This document shows positions 25,831-32,711 of a stretch of DNA of 36,569 nt, piece after piece. The notes under the pieces were generated by a model, which saw only the letters and a program-made list of their open reading frames with translations, ran no database searches and was not told the origin of the DNA. The number at the start of each line of letters is the position of its first letter. Position 1 is the stretch's first letter. Both the position numbers and the translations under genes were made by a program. This stretch comes from a virus. The stretch lies in the UHGV virus genome UHGV-1487493; one strand, 5' to 3'.

Positions 25831-26042
25831 TTTTTTTGAGGAGTAGTTACAGCTACTTCTCTATTTTTTCGGACTGTATCACGATAATTTTCTACTGAAT
25901 GATAAACAATCACTTGCTCTAAATGCTTTTTGTATTCATTTTTTATCGCATCAATAATTAGAAGTTCCTGATGTTGATGCTCAATTATTTTGATTAACTC
26001 TTCTTTAGACATTTCTGCATAGTATGGTTTTAATTCACTCAT
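25827..26042 (-). CDS. Hypothetical protein (71 aa)
   Basis: AAAGGAAG RBS (inside the duplicated element) before the ATG at 26042. Confidence 0.45.
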   Translation of the reverse strand: MSELKPYYAEMSKEELIKIIEHQHQELLIIDAIKNEYKKHLEQVIVYHSVENYRDTVRKNREVAVTTPQKN

Positions 26043-26044
26043 TT

Positions 26045-26067
26045 GTTTACTTCCTTTCTGGTATAAT
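26045..26067. promoter_or_regulatory. Duplicated 23-bp element, copy 2, followed by an 8-bp-stem hairpin (CTTATCAG..CTGATAAG) in the plus leader
   Basis: Exact repeat of 25560-25582; the hairpin at 26072-26107 lies between the -10 and the RBS of the plus gene. Confidence 0.5.
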
Positions 26068-26119
26068 TTTCTTATCAGCAAGTGGTCTGCTGAAATAACT
26101 GATAAGGTGGTGAAATATT

Positions 26120-26398
26120 ATGAGTGTTTACGCTATTACCTATGATTTGAAAAAACCAAATCAAGATTATGATGATTTGAATGAAATAATTAAATCACTT
26201 GGTGCTTATTCAAAAAGATTTGATTCGTTCTGGTTAGTAGATTCCTCTTTAAGTGCATCTGAAATTCGAGATAAATTAAAGAAAGAAATCGATTCAGATG
26301 ATTCTTTGTTAGTGATTGAAACAAAAAAACACTGGGCTTCTTTTAATCTAGCTGAAGGTGCCTGTAAGTGGCTAAAAAGCGAATCTAGAACTTTTTAA
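26120..26398 (+). CDS. Small alpha/beta protein with Cas2-like sequence pattern (92 aa), plus strand
   Basis: AAGGTGG RBS; pattern VYAITYDL..LG..KRFDSFWL..L..EI..L......DSLLVIE resembles the Cas2/ferredoxin-like fold consensus. Confidence 0.4.
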   Translation: MSVYAITYDLKKPNQDYDDLNEIIKSLGAYSKRFDSFWLVDSSLSASEIRDKLKKEIDSDDSLLVIETKKHWASFNLAEGACKWLKSESRTF

Positions 26399-26589
26399 TC
26401 ATTGTCTGAACCCGTTGTTTTATTAGACGAGTTCTTTTTAACTTCAACATAGATAACTGATTCATCAATAATTTCCATAAGTAAACTAACCAATTCAGTT
26501 TTGCTTAAATTTGAGTATTTTTCCCCTTCATTTAGTTCTGTCACAATCAAATCCATTCCCTTCACTTCTTTTCCTCCTTTAAATTTCAA
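26395..26589 (-). CDS. Hypothetical protein (64 aa)
   Basis: ORF in the early region. Confidence 0.4.
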   Translation of the reverse strand: MKFKGGKEVKGMDLIVTELNEGEKYSNLSKTELVSLLMEIIDESVIYVEVKKNSSNKTTGSDND

Positions 26590-26863
26590 AAGTTTCTTTT
26601 AGAAATCTTTGTAATTCAGATCGTTCAATCCGAATATCCTGACCGCTCCATTGCTGCACTTTCAAGCCTTTTGAAATCCAGCTACTTAATTTTTCATCAC
26701 CGATTTCTAAAATCTTCCTAACCTGAGTTTTGTTTGGATAAGGTGGTAATTCAATAACCTTGGTCAACAAATTTAAACGTTTTTCAACCTCTTTTAAAAC
26801 GACAAAGGTAATATTATTAGCTAATTCATCTTGAATTACCTCATCAGGTATATTCAGCTGCAT
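26579..26863 (-). CDS. Putative HTH DNA-binding protein (excisionase/MerR-like HTH)
   Basis: ..TQVRKILEIGDEKLSSWISKGL.. HTH; second gene of the early operon. Confidence 0.45.
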   Translation of the reverse strand: MQLNIPDEVIQDELANNITFVVLKEVEKRLNLLTKVIELPPYPNKTQVRKILEIGDEKLSSWISKGLKVQQWSGQDIRIERSELQRFLKETFEI

Positions 26864-26866
26864 ATA

Positions 26867-27076
26867 CTACACCTCCTGTTTTTCATTTTCTAATAACTCG
26901 TCAACAGATACATTTAAATAGTTGGAAACTTTTTTTAAACTAGATAAATTAGGATTTTGCTTATCCCATCTATAAATTGCGTTTTCCCCTACCCCTGATT
27001 CTTTACCAATTTTTTTAACAGTTAAATTTTTTTCTAACGCAATCTTTTTGATATTTGCAACAATAGACATTGTCAT
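26867..27076 (-). CDS. cro: Cro-like XRE-family HTH regulator
   Basis: HTH ..LTVKKIGKESGVGENAIYRWD..; GGAGGTG RBS before the ATG at 27076; divergent from the repressor gene. Confidence 0.7.
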   Translation of the reverse strand: MTMSIVANIKKIALEKNLTVKKIGKESGVGENAIYRWDKQNPNLSSLKKVSNYLNVSVDELLENEKQEV

Positions 27077-27109
27077 TACCACACCTCCAATCTTTTATGA
27101 TAAAACCAG

Positions 27110-27263
27110 TTGACAAAACTACCAAATATGGTACTATAGACATAAAGAAATAAGCATATCAAATCCGCCAAGATTTTATACTATTTTTTAGTATTATTTT
27201 GCTCATTTCTAATATCTGAAATCAGTATACTACCGAATTAGATAGTTGTCAACCATTTTTGGT
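27110..27263. promoter_or_regulatory. Divergent lysogeny/lytic switch region with ACCA-N4-TGGT operators
   Basis: ACCAAATATGGT (27121-27132) within the spacer of the TTGACA(27110)..TACTAT plus promoter; ACCATTTTTGGT (27252-27263) next to the TTGACA(27250-27245)..TATACT(27227-27222) minus promoter. Confidence 0.5.
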
Positions 27264-27307
27264 AGATAATTTTATTTAGTGTACTTTTTTCTCTGAAAGG
27301 TGATTAT

Positions 27308-27721
27308 ATGAATACATTGGAAAGAATAAAGTTACTTGCTAAACAAAGAGGAATCACGCTCAAAGAACTTGCTAGCAAAGTTGGTATAGGGGAAAATTCT
27401 CTTTACCGTTGGGATAAAACAAGCCCTCAGTCTGACAAATTACAAAAAGTAGCAGATTATTTTGATGTTTCCACTGACTATTTACTTGGTCGTACTGAAA
27501 AGAAAAAATATTATGAGTTATCCGATAAAGAAAAGAAGGATATTGCTATTCAAGCAGAAGAATTAATTGAAGGGATAGCTAATGGCGAAAATCTTAATTT
27601 TTACGGTGAACCAGCTACTCAAGAACAAAAAGACCGTCTTTTAATTGCTATACGTACTGCGATGGAAATGAACAAAGAAGAAGCCAAAAAGAAATTCACA
27701 CGTAAAGATTATAGAAACTAA
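27308..27721 (+). CDS. CI-like XRE-family repressor without a peptidase domain (ImmR type)
   Basis: N-terminal HTH ..ITLKELASKVGIGENSLYRWD..; followed by an ImmA-type protease gene. Confidence 0.75.
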   Translation: MNTLERIKLLAKQRGITLKELASKVGIGENSLYRWDKTSPQSDKLQKVADYFDVSTDYLLGRTEKKKYYELSDKEKKDIAIQAEELIEGIANGENLNFYGEPATQEQKDRLLIAIRTAMEMNKEEAKKKFTRKDYRN

Positions 27722-27735
27722 TAGGGGTTGGTATT

Positions 27736-28164
27736 ATGAATAATTATGTCGAAAATCAATTCGATAAAATCGTCACAAAATACCAACCTAGCAGTGTCTA
27801 CGACTTGGTAAAAAAGGCGAACTGTAAAATACTTTATGCTGATATAGATGATGAAACTGGAGGTTGTACACAAACTAACGACAGGTGTCATACGATTATT
27901 GTTAACGCAAATTGGCCTGAGCACTATCAAAAGTTTGTGATATTACATGAATTCAGTCATATAAAACTGCACAAAGGTGCTAGTACGCCTTTTTACCGTT
28001 CTTTAGGGTTAGATACATTTGTTTCTAAAATGGAATGTGAAGCAAATTCTCTCGCTATGAAATTACTTCTGCATATGCAAGATCAATCAATCATACACGG
28101 ACTAACAAAATTTCAAATTATGGATTATTTAGGATTACCACACGAACTATCAAGATACTTTTAA
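27736..28164 (+). CDS. immA: ImmA/IrrE-family metallopeptidase (anti-repressor protease)
   Basis: HEFSHIKLH HExxH motif; position immediately downstream of the repressor. Confidence 0.75.
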   Translation: MNNYVENQFDKIVTKYQPSSVYDLVKKANCKILYADIDDETGGCTQTNDRCHTIIVNANWPEHYQKFVILHEFSHIKLHKGASTPFYRSLGLDTFVSKMECEANSLAMKLLLHMQDQSIIHGLTKFQIMDYLGLPHELSRYF

Positions 28165-28227
28165 ATAGCCGTTCGGCTATTATTAATTTCACAAAAAAAG
28201 AACGTATGTTCAAAAGGAGTAATTAAA

Positions 28228-28467
28228 ATGACTGACTTTAATAAAGCTTTAACTGCCAAGGAACTGATTTCCATACTAAATACAGTGCCACCAGAAACAA
28301 AGGTACACTTTATCGGGGCCACTTTATGTTCAGGAAATTTACTTCCATTCCACGCACCTGTTTTTCGAGTATCAAAAGGGTATAAAATTACAAGCAACAA
28401 CGAATTGTCTATAGGACTATTTGGAGTTCAAAAAAGTGATATAGAATTAAATATAGAGGGAAAATAA
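28228..28467 (+). CDS. Hypothetical protein (79 aa)
   Basis: ORF with RBS between immA and int. Confidence 0.4.
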   Translation: MTDFNKALTAKELISILNTVPPETKVHFIGATLCSGNLLPFHAPVFRVSKGYKITSNNELSIGLFGVQKSDIELNIEGK

Positions 28468-28468
28468 T

Positions 28469-28708
28469 ATGATAACATTTAATGATTTAACAAAAAATGA
28501 AAAGAAATTAGTACTACAAATGATTAGTGAATCGTTGGCTGGGGCAGAATTTTTCTCGAAAGAAAAATTAACAGAACACGATCGTGGGGTAATTTTTGAT
28601 TATCTAATCAACAACTTACAAACAACTTTAAGATTTAGGGATAACAATAAAAATCATCCGCGCTTTAACGAAATAAATGAATTATGTAAAAAATACTGGG
28701 AGAGATAA
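28469..28708 (+). CDS. Hypothetical protein (79 aa)
   Basis: ORF between immA and int. Confidence 0.4.
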   Translation: MITFNDLTKNEKKLVLQMISESLAGAEFFSKEKLTEHDRGVIFDYLINNLQTTLRFRDNNKNHPRFNEINELCKKYWER

Positions 28709-28710
28709 AA

Positions 28711-29874
28711 ATGGCAATGATTAGGCAATATCAAAAGAAAAGCGGCGAAAAAGCATGGTACTTCAAAACATATCTTGGGATTGATCCACTAACTAAAAAA
28801 AAGAAATACACTACCAAGAGAGGATTTAAAACACAAAAAGAAGCAAAAATTGCATTGGCAAGATTAGAGATGGAGATTGAACGTAACGGAATAAAGCAAT
28901 CTTCTTCTATAACATTTCAAGAGATAGCAGTAATGTGGCTTGAAAACTACAAAAATACAGTTAAAGATAGTAGCTATTCTCGTACTAACATAATTTTCAA
29001 TAAACATATTTTTCCTCACTTCGGAAAAATTGAAATAGCAAAAATAAATACAGCTTATTGTCAAAAAGTAGTTAATAACTGGCACACTAACGGGACATCA
29101 AAACAATATCCTTTATTTTTAAATTATATGAATAAAGTTTTTAAGTTTGCTATAAATATGGGAGTTACCGCCGAAAACCCAACAACAAATGTAATCATCC
29201 CAAAGAATAAGGAAACTGCAAATCCTAAAGATACGAAAATAAAATTTTACAACAAAGACCAATTAAAAAAATTTTTAGAGTGTATACATCAACAGCCGCA
29301 AGAAAATAATTATATAACTATCAGAGATTATACACTATTTAGATTATTGTCTTTCAGTGGATGTAGAATAGGAGAATTACTAGCACTAACCTGGGATGAT
29401 TTAAACTTAGAAACAGGAGAATTGCAAATAAATAAAACCGTTACTAAATCGGATACGTATTATGTATCCTCCACCCCAAAAACAAAAAAATCAAATAGAA
29501 TAATCATATTAGATAGAATCACTTTAGAGTGTCTTAAGAAATGGAGATCAGAACAGAAGAAGTTTCTTTTTAAGTTGGGTTTCACTCAACCTTCAAGAAT
29601 TTTTACTAATGACTCTAATGAGTTCACTATTAATCAATCCGTTACAGAAAGGTATAAGATATATCAAAAAAAAGCAAATTTACCTAATATAGGCTTACAT
29701 GGATTTAGACATACGCACGCCTCACTGTTATACAATGCTGGCGCTGATCATAAAGAAGTACAAGAACGTCTCGGGCACGCTAATATAAAGACTACGTTAG
29801 ACACCTACACACATTTAACAGATGATAGAAAAGAAGTGACTACTGAAAAATTAGCTAACTACATCGGTTTTTGA
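28711..29874 (+). CDS. int: Tyrosine integrase
   Basis: 387 aa; C-terminal catalytic ..HGFRHTHASLL..HANIKTTLDTYTHL.. (R..HxxR..Y). Confidence 0.9.
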   Translation: MAMIRQYQKKSGEKAWYFKTYLGIDPLTKKKKYTTKRGFKTQKEAKIALARLEMEIERNGIKQSSSITFQEIAVMWLENYKNTVKDSSYSRTNIIFNKHIFPHFGKIEIAKINTAYCQKVVNNWHTNGTSKQYPLFLNYMNKVFKFAINMGVTAENPTTNVIIPKNKETANPKDTKIKFYNKDQLKKFLECIHQQPQENNYITIRDYTLFRLLSFSGCRIGELLALTWDDLNLETGELQINKTVTKSDTYYVSSTPKTKKSNRIIILDRITLECLKKWRSEQKKFLFKLGFTQPSRIFTNDSNEFTINQSVTERYKIYQKKANLPNIGLHGFRHTHASLLYNAGADHKEVQERLGHANIKTTLDTYTHLTDDRKEVTTEKLANYIGF

Positions 29875-29877
29875 ATA

Positions 29878-30115
29878 AGTATGGTCAAAAGTATGGTCAA
29901 TTTTTTCCTGAAACCACAAAAAAAGCCCAAACCTTTGATAAACAAAGATTTGAGCTATTACATTAGTTAGCTACTGGATAAACTGATACTTTCAAATTTT
30001 AATATCCTGACAATCTCTAACTTAGCTTAACTCTTCAAAATCAATACTTATATTAATTCTGTTCTTTTTACTACCTCTTATTTTTCCTGATAGGTATGGT
30101 CAAAGTATGGTCATT
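29878..30115. repeat. attP region: two pairs of arm-type direct repeats GTATGGTCA flanking ~190 bp
   Basis: GTATGGTCAAAAGTATGGTCA at 29878-29898 and GTATGGTCAAAGTATGGTCA at 30096-30115, immediately 3' of int. Confidence 0.5.
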
Positions 30116-30195
30116 TCATATATTTAATATTTTCCTTTGTAAAATCTTTATTAAGTGATAAAATTGACTTAAATTAATAAGCAGGAGTGTATGTT

Positions 30196-30567
30196 ATGGA
30201 TTGGAAAGAAGTTGGAAAAAAAGCATTAGATGTTAGTAAACAAGCTACTGAGAAAGGTATTGATTCATTCCAAGAATGGAAAAATGATCAAGAAAGAATC
30301 AAAAAAGCTGACGAAAGAAAAAAAACAACCAATAAAGAACAGGATAAGAAAGCACCTATGTTTCATAACGGGGTTCACTGTCCTAAATGTCGTAGTATGA
30401 ATGTAGAATTTATGCAAAATAACCGTAAAAGTTTTTCTGTAGGTAAAGCTGCAGGTGGTGCAATTTTAACAGGTGGCGTGGGTACATTGGCTGGATTCGC
30501 TGGAAAAAAAGGGAAAAATCAATGGCACTGTAAAAATTGCGGAAACACATTTACTTCAAAAAAATAG
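30196..30567 (+). CDS. Accessory (moron-like) protein: split zinc ribbon (CPKC...CKNC) with an inserted glycine-zipper segment
   Basis: AGGAG RBS; GKAAGGAILTGGVGTLAGFAG between the two CxxC knuckles; located between attP and the lysis module. Confidence 0.5.
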   Translation: MDWKEVGKKALDVSKQATEKGIDSFQEWKNDQERIKKADERKKTTNKEQDKKAPMFHNGVHCPKCRSMNVEFMQNNRKSFSVGKAAGGAILTGGVGTLAGFAGKKGKNQWHCKNCGNTFTSKK

Positions 30568-30577
30568 GAGTATTGCA

Positions 30578-30730
30578 ATGGCTAAAATAAAACATAGAAT
30601 AACAAAAAGAAAAGACCAAATCAGGTGCGTATTCCACGATAGAAAACCAATTCAAAAACGAATTGCACTGTGGATAGTACTTTCAATCTTAATATTAGAT
30701 ATAGTATTTCGTTTCGGCGTTTTCAAATAG
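30578..30730 (+). CDS. Small C-tail-anchored membrane protein (50 aa)
   Basis: AGGAG RBS 7 nt before the ATG; C-terminal hydrophobic IALWIVLSILILDIVF. Confidence 0.35.
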   Translation: MAKIKHRITKRKDQIRCVFHDRKPIQKRIALWIVLSILILDIVFRFGVFK

Positions 30731-30740
30731 TTGTGTTTTT

Positions 30741-30771
30741 AATCCAACCTAAAAAGGTTGGATTTTTTTTA
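30741..30771. terminator. Bidirectional rho-independent terminator
   Basis: AATCCAACC-TAAAAA-GGTTGGATT followed by TTTTTTT on plus and preceded by an A-run (T-run on minus). Confidence 0.6.
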
Positions 30772-30845
30772 TGGACCATACAGGACTCGAACCTATGACC
30801 TAACCGTTATGAGCGATTGGCTCTAACCAACTGAGCTAATGGTCC
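30772..30845 (-). tRNA. tRNA with CAT anticodon (Met elongator or Ile2/lysidine type)
   Basis: Minus strand GGACCAT-TA-GCTC-AGTTGGTTA-GAGC-C-AATCG-CTCATAA-CGGTT-AGGTC-ATAGG-TTCGAGT-CCTGT-ATGGTCC-A; G1-C72 paired so not an initiator; Ile-like D arm. Confidence 0.85.
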
Positions 30846-30874
30846 TGAAAAGAGCCACCTTGGGGAGGTGGCTC
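30846..30874 (-). terminator. Terminator downstream of the endolysin
   Basis: GAGCCACC-TTGGGGA-GGTGGCTC hairpin followed by TTTTCA on the minus strand. Confidence 0.5.
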
Positions 30875-30917
30875 CAGAGAAATTTAATAAGTGTATTCTT
30901 ATTTTATATCAAAACTA

Positions 30918-32219
30918 TCAATAGTTCAATGTTTGCCCTGGATAAATTAAGTTAGGATTTGCTAATCCGTTCCGTTGCGCTAGAGCTTGGTATGTCGTGC
31001 CGAGCTTAGCGGCAACGCTTGATAAATTATCACCCAACTGGACTGTGTAAACGTTATTTACTGCTGATCCATTGACTTTCAAAACTTGACCTGAATAAAT
31101 AAGATTTGGATTAGTCAATCCATTTAAAGCTGCCAACGTTTGATAGTCTGTTCCATATTGATACGCAATACTTGATAATGTTTCACCATATTGAACTACG
31201 TGAGTAGATTCTGGTTGCTTATCAGGAACAACTGTTGCATCTGGCAATAATTCAATATCGCCTTTGCTAATCCATGACAAAATGCCTTCTAGCAATACTC
31301 TACTTCCAGTTACTTCTTGCACTTTGTAGCTGTTTCCTTTTACCCAATCTGGAATAGCTTCGCCAGTTGCCCAAGCATCAACATTAAATTTCACTTTAAC
31401 CGTATCGCCAGCTTTTACTGCAGAATTAGGCGTATCTTCAGTTTCTTTACCTGCATCTGTCGCTGGTGTATCCGTTTCCGGCTTATCAGTAGCCGTATAA
31501 CCATTATCCGTAATTCCTGTTAAGTCTACGTTACCATCTAAACCGCCTGCAATATAAGTTGAGGTAAATTGCCAAATGCCAATACCATCCATGCTTGGGA
31601 AATAAGCATACAATGGATATGGTGACACACCATCGATAGGATACGCAGCAATCCATAAAGAGTTAGGAAACTCTTTGATGATTTGTTGATAATTTACATG
31701 ATTTAGTGTAAATGGCTTATAGCTGTAATACATTGGAGTATAGCCAGCCTGTTTGATTCTGCGCATACCGTACAAAATTGTTTCTGTATTTGCTGCTTTT
31801 TCGGCATCTGAACTTACATATCCTCCATATCCATCTGGAACACTAGCCAACGCTCCATGTTCAAAATCTAATGCAACGATGGAATTTTTAGGCGTTTGAA
31901 TACGTGTCAAAAAATAATCCATTGTCGTTTTCGCAATATCCATGCTACCGAACGTATCATACCAGATATAAGTGTGCGCTCGTTTTCCTTGAGCAATTGC
32001 ACTTGCTACTTGCGTTTTGTATGTGTATTGTTCATAAATACCACTAGCATTGTAGCCGCCAATTTGAGCGATAGCGAATTTATCATGTGCATAACCAAAG
32101 CGACCTTGGTCACCTTGATAAATCGCCCAATCCACACCTTGGTCACCTTTTGCAGCAAATACATTCAAAGGCATAAAAAATAGAGCGACAAGCGCTCCTA
32201 CTAAGATTTTCTTTTTCAT
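30918..32219 (-). CDS. Endolysin: Sec signal peptide + GH25 muramidase + SH3-like domain + 2 LysM
   Basis: N-terminus MKKKILVGALVALFFMPLNVFA-AKG; GH25-like catalytic region; two C-terminal LysM repeats (..YTVQLGDNLSSVAAKLGTTYQALAQRNGL..). Confidence 0.85.
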   Translation of the reverse strand: MKKKILVGALVALFFMPLNVFAAKGDQGVDWAIYQGDQGRFGYAHDKFAIAQIGGYNASGIYEQYTYKTQVASAIAQGKRAHTYIWYDTFGSMDIAKTTMDYFLTRIQTPKNSIVALDFEHGALASVPDGYGGYVSSDAEKAANTETILYGMRRIKQAGYTPMYYSYKPFTLNHVNYQQIIKEFPNSLWIAAYPIDGVSPYPLYAYFPSMDGIGIWQFTSTYIAGGLDGNVDLTGITDNGYTATDKPETDTPATDAGKETEDTPNSAVKAGDTVKVKFNVDAWATGEAIPDWVKGNSYKVQEVTGSRVLLEGILSWISKGDIELLPDATVVPDKQPESTHVVQYGETLSSIAYQYGTDYQTLAALNGLTNPNLIYSGQVLKVNGSAVNNVYTVQLGDNLSSVAAKLGTTYQALAQRNGLANPNLIYPGQTLNY

Positions 32220-32223
32220 TCGT

Positions 32224-32427
32224 TTACTCCTTCTCTTTTAGGTTATACGCTGACACACCTGTTACTACTCCCAAAAACGCAGATACAGCATTAATAGTTA
32301 ATACTGCTTTATCTGCGCCGACCCACCCATATAGGTCGCCAAGAGCAGAAACTAAAACAGAACTAGCTGGAAGTACAGTAAGTACTCCCCATTTGATGAT
32401 TTTATAATACTTGTCCGGTAGTATCAT
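32224..32427 (-). CDS. Holin (two TM segments)
   Basis: AGGAGG RBS before the ATG at 32427; hydrophobic segments; immediately upstream of the endolysin. Confidence 0.55.
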   Translation of the reverse strand: MILPDKYYKIIKWGVLTVLPASSVLVSALGDLYGWVGADKAVLTINAVSAFLGVVTGVSAYNLKEKE

Positions 32428-32429
32428 CC

Positions 32430-32684
32430 TTACATACCTCCTAAATATTTTGTAAATAAATAGACAACCACTGACACTCCTATGCCAGCAATTGTCCGCC
32501 AAGTCCATTTTTGATTTTCTTTTATTTCTTTGATGTCTTCTACATTATTTTTAGCAATAGAAAAAGCATGATCAGCCTTTTCTTTAGCATCTTCTGTTTT
32601 TTCCCTTAACAATTCGTAGTTATCTAGCTTTGTTTCGATGCGTACAAGGCGCTCGACCATATCCTGAACAAGCTCATCTTTCAC
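32430..32684 (-). CDS. XhlA-like lysis membrane protein (N-terminal coiled coil, C-terminal TM)
   Basis: ..WTWRTIAGIGVSVVVYLFTKYLGGM C-terminal TM segment; coiled-coil N-terminus; position before the holin. Confidence 0.55.
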   Translation of the reverse strand: MKDELVQDMVERLVRIETKLDNYELLREKTEDAKEKADHAFSIAKNNVEDIKEIKENQKWTWRTIAGIGVSVVVYLFTKYLGGM

Positions 32685-32711
32685 ATAAATTTCCTTCTCT
32701 CTATATAAATA

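Noticed and set aside
30772-30845. tRNA(CAT) as the host attB/attR tRNA gene marking a prophage boundary
   Set aside because: Both sides of the tRNA are phage sequence (accessory cassette and endolysin), and the arm-type repeats that define attP are ~700 bp away. It is more likely phage-encoded, but this cannot be fully excluded without the host genome.
30894-30930. sigma70-like promoter (TTGAAC-17-TAAAAT, minus strand) inside the 3' end of the endolysin that might drive the tRNA
   Set aside because: A terminator hairpin (30846-30874) lies between it and the tRNA 5' end, so it cannot simply feed the tRNA. Too speculative to report as a feature.
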